Shown: positions 1-9,374 of the stretch, piece by piece
How the letters are laid out: the number at the start of each line of letters is the position of its first letter
Numbering within the stretch: the stretch's first letter is position 1
IMG/VR virus record: IMGVR_UViG_3300022885_000003
Location: 50,739 to 114,738 of that record
Reading direction: 5' to 3' (one strand)
DNA from: a virus
DNA: 64,000 nucleotides
Notes under the pieces: model-generated
The model's input: the letters and a program-made list of their open reading frames with translations, nothing else
The model's database searches: none
What the model was told of the DNA's origin: nothing
Made by a program: the position numbers and the translations under genes

Positions 1-1534
1 GAATATGTTGGTCAGCTGCCGATGTGTTCTTAATCCAAGTAAAATCAGGCTGGAATCCTGCGCCAGTTACAGCGTTACCACCCGATCCGATTGCTGTTCC
101 GTTTCCTGTATAAAGAACTGTTTCAAAGAAGTCAACGCCTTGGAATGTTGGTGTTGGCAAGTTTGCTGAGTTGATCGGCAAGAAACCAGCTGTTGGTGTG
201 TCTTGGAAATCAACTAAATCAAATATAAAATCAAAAGTTGGTGAAAGATAACGGACCGCTATTGGGAACCATGTTTCATTGCTGTTTATTGCAATTGTTC
301 CTTGGCTTACATTATCCTTGAAAAATTCAATTTCATCCGCGTCAGCATCTAATTCAACACGGATCCGATTGGAAGATGTGTATGAGTCCCCGTATGCGGA
401 GTTTGACCCCCCATCAATTGATTTAGTTCCAGAATTTGTGTAAACTATCGCGTGTTGGCTTGCTATTGCACCATCCAAGCGGGTATCGCCGCCGTATGAA
501 TTGGCAATTCCAAACGCCACGTTTGATCCGTTCGTTAACTGAGCTTCCCAGGTATATTTTCCAGTAGAAATTCCCATCGTGGTCCATACCGCTTCTGTAC
601 CACCCGAATTGGATATTGAACCGGATAAGTTTCCATTGCTTAATGTTGCGCGAACTGTTTTATGTAGTGTATTAATCACTGGATAAACAAGTGATGGTGT
701 ATTGTTAGAACCATTTGTAGCATGAGTCATATTTGATGGTGTAAAGTCGTTTCCATTTGAACTTGCGTCAGTTCCATCACCAATGCCATCAGTTAAACAG
801 AATGAATTGCCACCAGCAGCGTCTGCGAGTGCTATTATTTGGTCGTTTGAGGCTGGCGCCCACGTGAAGCCATTCGTGCCAACATTAACGAATTCACCAA
901 AATCAAGTTCAGTTAATCCCGTATCTTCAATGAATGCTGGTTGTGCAATATATCCACTAAAATGATTGCTTCCTCCTTGCGATCCGATTGTCCATGTAGA
1001 GGAACCTAATGGAATAGATGATGGGAATGACACACGGTCATCAATTGAGAAACTGGTTACTTCTTCACCATTGATGAATAATTCTGAATCTGTTCCTTTA
1101 AAATGATAAAGTATATGACACCAACCAATATCCCTAAATTGATGATTAGTTGTTATGGTGGAAGCGGGGCCTCCGTAAATTTGAAGGAAATCACCACCGT
1201 TGGGGATATTAACAAATAGTTGTGTGTTATTTAGGCTAAGTATACCCCACGTCGTTCCGGCATCGAATTCGGTTCTAAGAACCCATAAAGAAATCCAACA
1301 TTCAGTTGTATTCGAAGCAGCATTTGATGTTCGTGTTAAGCGTTGTGAAGAGCTTCTATCAAACCAAGCAGATCCACCGATTGATGTCGTATCAAAAGTT
1401 ATTGGGTTAGCTACATGCCAAGGCCCAGTTTGTGCTTCGGCAGGATATATAGAAGAGTTTCGAAAAGCATTTCTATCAATAAATGCGGTACGGCCTGAAT
1501 TAACTTTTACTCTACTATTAATACTTGTTCCCAT
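1..1534 (-). CDS. Virion/fibre-type protein with LamG/ConA-like and SPRY-like beta-sandwich regions (partial, runs off window start)
   Basis: Not in the ORF track. Manual translation from ATG 1534 (AGAGGA SD): MGTSINSRV...FRDIGWCHILYHF...FSGYIAQPAF...TGKYTWE...LYTGNG...GFQPDFTWIK, open to position 1. Confidence 0.8.
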   Translation of the reverse strand, partial: MGTSINSRVKVNSGRTAFIDRNAFRNSSIYPAEAQTGPWHVANPITFDTTSIGGSAWFDRSSSQRLTRTSNAASNTTECWISLWVLRTEFDAGTTWGILSLNNTQLFVNIPNGGDFLQIYGGPASTITTNHQFRDIGWCHILYHFKGTDSELFINGEEVTSFSIDDRVSFPSSIPLGSSTWTIGSQGGSNHFSGYIAQPAFIEDTGLTELDFGEFVNVGTNGFTWAPASNDQIIALADAAGGNSFCLTDGIGDGTDASSNGNDFTPSNMTHATNGSNNTPSLVYPVINTLHKTVRATLSNGNLSGSISNSGGTEAVWTTMGISTGKYTWEAQLTNGSNVAFGIANSYGGDTRLDGAIASQHAIVYTNSGTKSIDGGSNSAYGDSYTSSNRIRVELDADADEIEFFKDNVSQGTIAINSNETWFPIAVRYLSPTFDFIFDLVDFQDTPTAGFLPINSANLPTPTFQGVDFFETVLYTGNGTAIGSGGNAVTGAGFQPDFTWIKNTSAADQHI

Positions 1535-1588
1535 AAGTAAAATTTCCTCTTGACATTAATTAAAATTTCATATATATTTATTTATGCT

Positions 1589-1840
1589 ATGGGTAAAACT
1601 ATAATACACAAAGAATTGACTGAAAAATATCTAGAATGGGTCGGTACCATTTCATTGATAACAGGGGCAATTTTAAGTAGTTTGAACATTTTCCCCTGGA
1701 ATGTGGTAGCCTTTCTTATGGGTGGAGTTTTTTGGGTTATTCTTGGTAAACTATGGAAGAAAAATAGTGTCGTTATTCTAAACGCTTCAATGATGTCAAT
1801 ATATATATTTGGAGTAATCAAAGGATTTAATTGGTGGTAA
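1589..1840 (+). CDS. Small membrane protein (about 3 TM helices)
   Basis: Hydrophobic segments (LEWVGTISLITGAILSSLNIFPWN...); ATG 1589 in frame with track ORF 1550. Confidence 0.65.
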   Translation: MGKTIIHKELTEKYLEWVGTISLITGAILSSLNIFPWNVVAFLMGGVFWVILGKLWKKNSVVILNASMMSIYIFGVIKGFNWW

Positions 1841-1843
1841 CGC

Positions 1844-2116
1844 ATGTCAAAAAAGAAATTTGCTATTGAATGCACAACATATGGTCTCGTTACTGACCAC
1901 CGTCGACAAAAAGGGTGGATGACAGGAGAAACTAGCTGCCGATGGGTTCTACGAAAACGTCCAGGAGAATCTGGTCCTGGGTGTATGTCTATTGTTATAT
2001 TTAAGACCAAGGAAGAAGCAAAAGAATATATCAATACAGAAGTAAAACCCAAAGAGAATAAAAGTTACCGGATTAGAAAACTTCCTAAGGATATAACAAA
2101 TACCATGGAGTGGTAA
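1844..2116 (+). CDS. Hypothetical protein
   Basis: Starts 3 nt after the previous gene; basic 90-aa ORF. Confidence 0.6.
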   Translation: MSKKKFAIECTTYGLVTDHRRQKGWMTGETSCRWVLRKRPGESGPGCMSIVIFKTKEEAKEYINTEVKPKENKSYRIRKLPKDITNTMEW

Positions 2117-2137
2117 ATAATAAAAAGGAGAACTATT

Positions 2138-2506
2138 ATGCCTACTGATCCATTTGCATTACCTGTACAGAAACCAACAGGACCAACTATTATTAATATC
2201 ACTGACAGTGCTAAAGAGCATTTTGAAAATCTGCTCAAACAACACAATAAAAAAGCTATTCGATTCGGGGTTAAATCTGGAGGTTGCTCAGGTTTTACAT
2301 ATGATATTGATTTTACTGATGAAATTGAAAAGGGTGATGATATCATTCCATTAGAAAATGGAGATTTTGTTGTAGATGCAGCAAGTATCATGTTTGTAAT
2401 GGGTGTTGAGGTTGACTGGGTAACCGATATGATGGGATCTAGCTTTAGATTTACCAATCCAAATGCAACTGCTTCGTGTGGATGTCAAACAAGCTTTTCA
2501 GTATAA
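2138..2506 (+). CDS. iscA: Fe-S cluster assembly A-type carrier (IscA/HesB family)
   Basis: GGCSGFTY, F.NPNA..SCGC..SFS motifs; AGGAG SD. Confidence 0.93.
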   Translation: MPTDPFALPVQKPTGPTIINITDSAKEHFENLLKQHNKKAIRFGVKSGGCSGFTYDIDFTDEIEKGDDIIPLENGDFVVDAASIMFVMGVEVDWVTDMMGSSFRFTNPNATASCGCQTSFSV

Positions 2507-2796
2507 TGACAACTAGCGAATATTTTGGTAAATATTTTCAAGGACAGAATTGGAAAAAACCTACCTTACCCACAATTGATGTTTATTTGTATGGTCATGA
2601 AGGCATAGTATTATCATCAATAGATTGGTGCATCAACAATTGCAAGCATAGATGGGGTTGGTGTTTCGATAATTTTCCACCAAACATAGACGAGATAATA
2701 GAAAAACTATCCGCAGATGAGTTTGTACACCGAACACCAATTATGAAATTCGAATCCAAGCAAGAAGCCATAGAATTTAAACTTTATTGTTTATAG
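2506..2796 (+). CDS. Hypothetical protein, DA-x-x-FKL C-terminal module family
   Basis: TAATG overlap with iscA; WCINNCKHRWGW...MKFESKQEAIEFKLYCL. Confidence 0.75.
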   Translation: MTTSEYFGKYFQGQNWKKPTLPTIDVYLYGHEGIVLSSIDWCINNCKHRWGWCFDNFPPNIDEIIEKLSADEFVHRTPIMKFESKQEAIEFKLYCL

Positions 2797-2812
2797 CGAA
2801 CTTCTCCTGTAA

Positions 2813-2818
2813 TAAATA
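2813..2818 (+). promoter_or_regulatory. Late promoter (T4-late-like TAAATA)
   Basis: TAAATA about 30 nt upstream of the structural gene; the motif recurs before most structural genes. Confidence 0.6.
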
Positions 2819-2848
2819 CTTAGTAGAGTATTCTTACAAGGATTGCGC

Positions 2849-5800
2849 ATGTCTGACATAAAAAAATATATTGCAGTTACGAAGCCAGGAACAAATGACC
2901 AATTTGGTTATTATCTTGCATCAAACCGCATTGAACACACAAATATCACCCCAATGAATAGTCATTGGATTATAAACTGTACACATAAACAATATATCAG
3001 CATTCTCGGACGAAGCGAGATTGTTATCATTGAGGAAGATGTTGAATTTTCAACTTGTGCTGTTCAAAACTTGAATGGTGTGGTCGATGATAACTGGGGA
3101 TTGGATCGAATTGATCAACGCTCTACACAATTAAATAATGTTTATAAATTTAATCGGAATGGTTCAACTGTTGATATTTATGTAATTGATACAGGAATTA
3201 AGATTGACCACGAAGAGTTTGGAGGGAGAGCTTCGGTTCTATCCGACTTTGTTAATGAAACTGGTGTTGCCACAGGTCAAGATGGCAATGGTCACGGAAC
3301 TCATGTAGCAGCGACAGCGTGTGGTGCAACATACGGTGTCGCAAAAGCGGCGAAAGTCTTTTCCGCAAAAGCTCTAAATTCAGCAGGAAGTGGTTCAGGT
3401 TCAGCTATTATACAAGCTATGAACTCAGTCCTGTCACACCATGTATCCAAAACAAATAATCGCCCGTCAGTTGCCAATATGAGTATTGGATTTAATGGTC
3501 GGGTAACTTCTGTTGATCTAGCAGTTGCAAACTTGGTTAATGCTGGTATAGTTACAATAGTCGCTGCGGGCAATTCGAATCGACCAGCAATTGAAGTGTC
3601 GCCAGCTGGTGCCCCCGAAGCTTTTACGGTTGGTGCTATCGGCTTCGGCGATGCAAGAGCCAGTTTTTCTAATTTTTCTAGCGGGGATGGGCCAGGAGAC
3701 GGTGATAGGGGATTCGGAGAAGCTGGTATTTCAAACCTCGGATCAGCGGTTGATGTTTTTGCACCTGGTGTTGCTATTCGTAGTGCTGCACCATTTGAAG
3801 TACCATCATTCTTCTTGCGCGTTGATGCACCATTTGAAACAATTGTTGGTAGAGTTCCTGCAGGTGAAACAATTCTATCGACAAGATTTAGAGTATTCTT
3901 CCCATATGATGGTACAAGCCGTGTTAGGATTGGGACACGTTCTAACCCTACATTATTATTTGATGGTTCCCCTACATTCCTATCAAGAGTCCGAGATCTA
4001 AGACTAAATCCAAATATTATCTTACCAACAGATGAGGAAATCATTTTACAATATGAACAAAATGATTCTACACAAGGTTCTTTCCAGTCAAACATTACAT
4101 TATCAACCAAGGATGGAAGTCAAAGATTAAATGGTACGTCAATGGCTTGTCCTCATGCGGTTGGCGTTGCAGCATTATTCTTAGAAGATAAGCCAAGACC
4201 AACAAATTCAACTGGAGTACAAGAAGTTAAAGACTTTATGATCAACAATGCAACGGTTAATTCAATCCCCGATTTACCGATTGGAACCCCAAATCGGGTA
4301 TTGTTTAGCTTCTTTGTTGAAGAAGCATCATTCGAGTGGATTACTCTACCAGGAATTATCAGAAGCCAAGAAGAAAATACCGCTTTTAGCCAAACAGTGG
4401 TTGCTAGGTTTGTAGATGAACTCGGAAATGAACAACCGGTTACATACCAAACTAATCCAGATTTCCCAGTGTTCTTATCACTAAATCCAATAACAGGTTT
4501 ACTTACAGGTACCCTCCCTGAAGTCACCGAAGATACCGAATTTGAATTTACATTAACTGCTATTGCTCCTGATCTTAGTACAATCGACCAAGTATTTTCT
4601 ATTAATGTTCTCGATATACCAAACCGACCACCTATATGGGTTACACAACCGAACCAGATAAAAGTTGGTGTTACGCCACATGACCCAGTAGAAGGCGAAG
4701 TGGTTAGTTTCCAATTAGAAGCAACCGACCCTGAAGGATTGCCTATAACTTATTCCCTGCAAGTTGGTGAAAATCCAAGCAACCCTGGTGAAATTAGAAC
4801 TTCCGGATTGTTCTTAGATTCTAGCGGATTAATTTCTGGTACTGTATCAAATTTATTGGTAAATCAAACAATTTCATTTACCGTTAGAGCAAGTGACGGT
4901 GAACTAATTACTGATAGATCATTCTTTATTGACTTGATCGCAGTTAATTCATCTCCTTTATGGTTCCCATTGGTTGTTAGTGAACCAGTCGAAATATTAA
5001 CCGCTAGTCAAGGTGATACAATACTTTATGATTTTGCATTATTGACCAATGTTGATCATGCGGCGGATCCAGACAATGATCCATTGACATTTACTTTAGT
5101 TGGTGGCGCTCTTCCGAATGGTACAACACTTTCATCAGATGGTAAATTATCAGGTTCTCTCATTGGGAACGGTAATTTTGTCTTCACAATTGAAGTTACT
5201 GACACAGTGTTAAGTGCAACACGAGAGTTTTCTGTTGATGTTGCTGAAATTGTAACAAATCAACCGCCGGTATGGAATACACCAACCGGAAACATTGTAA
5301 CAGCAAATGAATTATCATTATTTATTTTCCAACTTAATGCAATTGACCCAGAAGCTGGATTGGTTACTTATGCGCCCAACCTGCAATTTGGTGAAGAATT
5401 CCCCGCTACGCTTAATATATCATCATCCGGATTAATTACCGGTACGTTGCCAAGCATTAATGAATCAACAAAGGTGTTTACCTTTACAGTAAATGCAAGT
5501 GATGGCGTTCTTGTTACACCCAGAGTTTTCGAAATCACCGTAAGTAATGTATCAGGTGATGTTCCACCCATTTGGATTACTCCGGAAGGTTCATTAGGAA
5601 CAACCGATGAATGCATTGATGCGATTTTCAAAGTTGAAGCAACTACTGCCGCAGTTTTAATTGATAGTGATAGTGAAGTAGATTTTGAATTAATCATTCA
5701 AGCGTTAACAGTGATTACTGAACTAGATGATCCACTAAATGATTTACCAAATGAAATCATTGAGGTACTAGCTGATGCTGGATTTGTATTTGATCCACTT

Positions 5801-7081
5801 GATCCTGATATTTTATTCCAACCAAAGATCACTTATAGTTTTGATTTACAACCAGGAGAGCAATTCCCACCTGGATTAATCCTAAATACAAATACCGGTG
5901 AAATTTCAGGAACCCCGTTTGATGTATCAAGTGATACAACCTTTACATTTACAATAGTAGCTGATAATACTTTCTTCCAAGAGTCAAGAACTTTTTCTAT
6001 TACTGTACTCGATATAACTGAACCAGAAACGATTAGTGTCGTCGTCCCAATTATGGGAGAAGACCGAAGAATATTGCATGATGCGGCCTTGCATTTGTTC
6101 ATACGTGAAGAAGTTAAGAGTATCAAAGATAGTGAAGAAATATTTGTCCCATTAGCCTTTGATTTTGGTTTCACTCCTGAGATCATCCTCAATGAAGAAG
6201 ATTTGGATGATGAAGATATTGAAAATCTACCGTTTGAAACAACATCAAACTTCGATGATGCGGGATTTATTACCGCCGAGATCGAAGGAAACACAATCTT
6301 TGTTCCAATACAACCACCTGAAAGAGACTCAGACTTTTTTGCTGAGTTTGATATCTTTGGTGATACTGTTCCCAGCTTCGGTATTGTGCGAGATCCACAC
6401 ATTTATATGGTCGGTGGTTTGCAGCGTTCATTAAACGTTGGTCAAGAATTGGAAGATTTTTATCTAAGCTTAGATGAACATCATAGAAAAGATACGGTTG
6501 TGTTTGGTGATTTCAAATCCGTGGTTGTTCGAAACAATGAAGGTGAATATATATACGATGCAATTTATGTTGAAGTGCGTGATAGACAAGCAGGGGCGGC
6601 ATTTGTTCGAACCTATCCACAAGCGCCTGGTCCTGTAAACGCGGTTACACCAATTAACAATTTGTTCCCACCTTCGTTACTCAATATGCGGGATGGTTTA
6701 ATTGCAGAAAATGGCTTACCAGGCCAAGAACTCGCGCCAAGATGGCAGAAATCAGAACAAGTTGAAGGTGAACCTTCTTCGGTACTTGGGTGGACGGCAG
6801 CAATTGTTATTGCTTATGCTAAACCAGGGACGGGAGAACGTGTAGTTGATAACGTTTCTCCAGAAATTAGAAAATTGGTAAGTAATCGACCATTTACTAT
6901 TGATCGATATAGTGTGTCAACGAAAGCTACACTCACAACTACCACTTTTGATGGTAATACACCCACAACGTTTGATGGTAATTTTAATGTTTTTGACGTA
7001 TTTCAATCACAAATTATTGAAGAGACGTTGGTTAAATTCCCGCCAGGTGATGTGCCAGGAATTGCAGCAATTGGTCCATAA
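2849..7081 (+). CDS. Subtilisin-like S8 serine protease fused to Ig/cadherin-like repeats; probable virion (baseplate-associated) protein
   Basis: Triad IDTG, GHGTHVA, GTSMACPH; WGLDRIDQR start of mature domain; repeated 'P.W.T..G...F.L.A.DP...G.ISG' Ig-like units. Confidence 0.88.
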   Translation: MSDIKKYIAVTKPGTNDQFGYYLASNRIEHTNITPMNSHWIINCTHKQYISILGRSEIVIIEEDVEFSTCAVQNLNGVVDDNWGLDRIDQRSTQLNNVYKFNRNGSTVDIYVIDTGIKIDHEEFGGRASVLSDFVNETGVATGQDGNGHGTHVAATACGATYGVAKAAKVFSAKALNSAGSGSGSAIIQAMNSVLSHHVSKTNNRPSVANMSIGFNGRVTSVDLAVANLVNAGIVTIVAAGNSNRPAIEVSPAGAPEAFTVGAIGFGDARASFSNFSSGDGPGDGDRGFGEAGISNLGSAVDVFAPGVAIRSAAPFEVPSFFLRVDAPFETIVGRVPAGETILSTRFRVFFPYDGTSRVRIGTRSNPTLLFDGSPTFLSRVRDLRLNPNIILPTDEEIILQYEQNDSTQGSFQSNITLSTKDGSQRLNGTSMACPHAVGVAALFLEDKPRPTNSTGVQEVKDFMINNATVNSIPDLPIGTPNRVLFSFFVEEASFEWITLPGIIRSQEENTAFSQTVVARFVDELGNEQPVTYQTNPDFPVFLSLNPITGLLTGTLPEVTEDTEFEFTLTAIAPDLSTIDQVFSINVLDIPNRPPIWVTQPNQIKVGVTPHDPVEGEVVSFQLEATDPEGLPITYSLQVGENPSNPGEIRTSGLFLDSSGLISGTVSNLLVNQTISFTVRASDGELITDRSFFIDLIAVNSSPLWFPLVVSEPVEILTASQGDTILYDFALLTNVDHAADPDNDPLTFTLVGGALPNGTTLSSDGKLSGSLIGNGNFVFTIEVTDTVLSATREFSVDVAEIVTNQPPVWNTPTGNIVTANELSLFIFQLNAIDPEAGLVTYAPNLQFGEEFPATLNISSSGLITGTLPSINESTKVFTFTVNASDGVLVTPRVFEITVSNVSGDVPPIWITPEGSLGTTDECIDAIFKVEATTAAVLIDSDSEVDFELIIQALTVITELDDPLNDLPNEIIEVLADAGFVFDPLDPDILFQPKITYSFDLQPGEQFPPGLILNTNTGEISGTPFDVSSDTTFTFTIVADNTFFQESRTFSITVLDITEPETISVVVPIMGEDRRILHDAALHLFIREEVKSIKDSEEIFVPLAFDFGFTPEIILNEEDLDDEDIENLPFETTSNFDDAGFITAEIEGNTIFVPIQPPERDSDFFAEFDIFGDTVPSFGIVRDPHIYMVGGLQRSLNVGQELEDFYLSLDEHHRKDTVVFGDFKSVVVRNNEGEYIYDAIYVEVRDRQAGAAFVRTYPQAPGPVNAVTPINNLFPPSLLNMRDGLIAENGLPGQELAPRWQKSEQVEGEPSSVLGWTAAIVIAYAKPGTGERVVDNVSPEIRKLVSNRPFTIDRYSVSTKATLTTTTFDGNTPTTFDGNFNVFDVFQSQIIEETLVKFPPGDVPGIAAIGP

Positions 7082-7103
7082 ATGTTAATTAGGATTAATA
7101 TAA

Positions 7104-7109
7104 TAAATA
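7104..7109 (+). promoter_or_regulatory. Late promoter TAAATA
   Basis: TAAATA followed by AAGGAGG SD of 7138. Confidence 0.6.
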
Positions 7110-7137
7110 ATAGAGAATAAATTAAGGAGGCTATTTA

Positions 7138-9318
7138 ATGGCTGTTGGTATTAATAATGGAATTTCAGGCACTGATGCCGATGGATTCACTTGGAATAGT
7201 GAATATCCAGTTGTTGGGCAAAATAACGATACATTCCAATTTAGATGGAATTGGTGGATTGCAAAAGTAGCCATTGAAAATCTTCAATCAAAGGTTCTTA
7301 GCGTTGCTGGCGACGTAGTTGGTGATTCAAGTATTTTTGATTCCGGTGATGGTGAAGTACCATTAATTCTAAATCTTATTGATACTGGGGTTGGTGCAGG
7401 TAGTTACTCTTTGGCCTCATTAACCGTTGATTCTAAAGGCAGAATTACCGCAATAAGTGATGTTTCAAGTGATTACGTCCCAGTTACTGGCGGCAACTTT
7501 ACGGGCATTGTAACGGTCCCAATGGTCACTGGTGCTAGTCCAGGGTTAGCAGCGGCTACTAAAGACTATGTTGACCTGGTTGCTGGTGGTGGGGCAGGAA
7601 CGTTTGTTCTAACCGATGGTTCAGTAACAATGTCATCTGCTCTTGAATATGATGCTCTAGTTGTTACTTCAAACGATGATCAAGTACCAAATATGGCTGA
7701 AGTAAAGAATTATGTTACGCCTATTACAAACGGTTTAATTGCAAACAAGCTCAATATTTCCGGCGGGACGATGACTGGCAATTTGATTCTCAATGCAGAT
7801 CCCACACTTGCATTACAGGCGGCTACAAAGGATTATGTTGATACCTTCTTACCTCTTGTTGGTGGGACATTAACTGGTGATCTAGTTCTTAATGCAGATC
7901 CCACACTTCCATTGGGTACGGCTACTAAGCAATATGTCGATAATACAACAATGACATTAGATGGCATAAATTCAATGGTTGCAGATCTTGATGCTGGAAC
8001 AAATAAAGTTATTAATGTGGTTGATCCAACCAATCCTCAAGACGTAGCAACTAAGGCTTATGTAGATTTTGTTGGGACTGCTTGTGTTGCAATACTTGCC
8101 GATGGAACAGTTGCAATGACAGCGGATTTGGACTTAGGAACAAACAAAATTGTTAATGTAGTTGACCCAGTTTTACCACAGGATTCAGCTACGAAGAATT
8201 ATGTTGATACCATAACGATGACATTAGATGGCGCCAATTTTATGGCCGCAGATCTTAATGTCGGGACAAATAAAGTTGTTAACGTAGTAGATCCAATTGA
8301 CCCACAAGATGCGGCTACTAAGGCTTATGTTGATGCTATTATGTCACCGGATATTTCCGATTTAATCAAACAAGATGGTACCGTTGCAATGACAGCGGAT
8401 TTGGACTTAGGAACAAACAAAATTGTTAATGTAGTTGACCCAGTTTTACCACAGGATTCAGCTACGAAGAATTATGTTGATACCATAACGATGACATTAG
8501 ATGGCGCCAATTTTATGGCCGCAGATCTTAATGTCGGGACAAATAAAGTTGTTAACGTAGTAGATCCAATTGACCCACAAGATGCGGCTACTAAGGCTTA
8601 TGTTGATGCTATTATGTCACCGGATATTTCCGATTTAATCAAACAAGATGGTACCGTTGCAATGACAGCGGATTTGGACTTAGGAACAAACAAAATTGTT
8701 AATGTAGTTGACCCAGTTTCAGCACAAGATGCAGCCACTAAGAACTACGTTGATACATTTGCTCCACTAAGTGGTGCCACATTTACAGGTGATATCACAC
8801 TAAATGCAGATCCTACGGTTGCACTTGGTGCGGCCACTAAGCAATATGTTGATAACACAATACCAACTGATCATATAAAGCAAGACGGCACTGTTGCAAT
8901 GACAGCGGATTTGGACTTGGGAACAAACAAAATTGTTAATGTAGTTGATCCAGTTTCAGCACAAGATGCAGCCACTAAGAACTATGTTGATACAAGCATA
9001 CCAGGAACATTTGAAAGCACACAACAAACGATTACATCAGCTGGACAATTGATTCTATCTCATGGCTTATCATCGACCCCATTGTTTATGACTGAGTATT
9101 TAATTTGTACAACCGCTGAGCATGGATATACTATCGGTGATAAGGTGTTATTTGGACAGCAAGGTTCAGGTAGCACATCAGTTGTATTTGATTCAACAAA
9201 TTTAACGATTAGGTTTGCCAATATTGCTGCGGTTTTCCAAGCGTTAGATAAAACTATTGGGAATATTGTTAGCCTCACAAATACTTCATGGAATTATTTG
9301 ATCGTAGCTCGGACATAA
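7138..9318 (+). CDS. Fibre-like virion protein with ATKxYVD repeats
   Basis: More than 10 copies of (D/A)ATK(N/A/D/Q)YVD plus GGTMTGNL-type segments typical of phage fibre shafts. Confidence 0.82.
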   Translation: MAVGINNGISGTDADGFTWNSEYPVVGQNNDTFQFRWNWWIAKVAIENLQSKVLSVAGDVVGDSSIFDSGDGEVPLILNLIDTGVGAGSYSLASLTVDSKGRITAISDVSSDYVPVTGGNFTGIVTVPMVTGASPGLAAATKDYVDLVAGGGAGTFVLTDGSVTMSSALEYDALVVTSNDDQVPNMAEVKNYVTPITNGLIANKLNISGGTMTGNLILNADPTLALQAATKDYVDTFLPLVGGTLTGDLVLNADPTLPLGTATKQYVDNTTMTLDGINSMVADLDAGTNKVINVVDPTNPQDVATKAYVDFVGTACVAILADGTVAMTADLDLGTNKIVNVVDPVLPQDSATKNYVDTITMTLDGANFMAADLNVGTNKVVNVVDPIDPQDAATKAYVDAIMSPDISDLIKQDGTVAMTADLDLGTNKIVNVVDPVLPQDSATKNYVDTITMTLDGANFMAADLNVGTNKVVNVVDPIDPQDAATKAYVDAIMSPDISDLIKQDGTVAMTADLDLGTNKIVNVVDPVSAQDAATKNYVDTFAPLSGATFTGDITLNADPTVALGAATKQYVDNTIPTDHIKQDGTVAMTADLDLGTNKIVNVVDPVSAQDAATKNYVDTSIPGTFESTQQTITSAGQLILSHGLSSTPLFMTEYLICTTAEHGYTIGDKVLFGQQGSGSTSVVFDSTNLTIRFANIAAVFQALDKTIGNIVSLTNTSWNYLIVART
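8110..8719 (+). repeat. 273-bp near-perfect in-frame tandem repeat (2 full copies plus a partial one)
   Basis: gttgcaatgacagcggatttggac... starts at 8110, 8383, 8656; a further partial copy at 8893. Confidence 0.92.
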
Positions 9319-9341
9319 TTTCTAAAATTTATCTTTAACGA

Positions 9342-9347
9342 TAAATA
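9342..9347 (+). promoter_or_regulatory. Late promoter TAAATA
   Basis: Upstream of structural gene 9375. Confidence 0.55.
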
Positions 9348-9374
9348 ATTATAGCAAGATTATGGAGTATAATT

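Noticed and set aside
783-1553. Plus-strand ORFs 783-965 and 1200-1553
   Set aside because: Shadows of the long minus-strand gene 1534..<1 that the track omits.
3794-4119. Intein or intron in the subtilisin
   Set aside because: No Cys/Ser start with His-Asn end; the frame is continuous and the insert resembles a virion beta-sandwich.
3301-6402. Long antisense ORFs within the protease gene (and similar ones at 51042-51851, 58910-59707, 62642-63271)
   Set aside because: Typical antisense shadows from codon bias; no SD and no motifs.
8110-8719. DGR template/variable repeat
   Set aside because: Copies are essentially identical and in-frame, without adenine-specific differences; no reverse transcriptase in the window.
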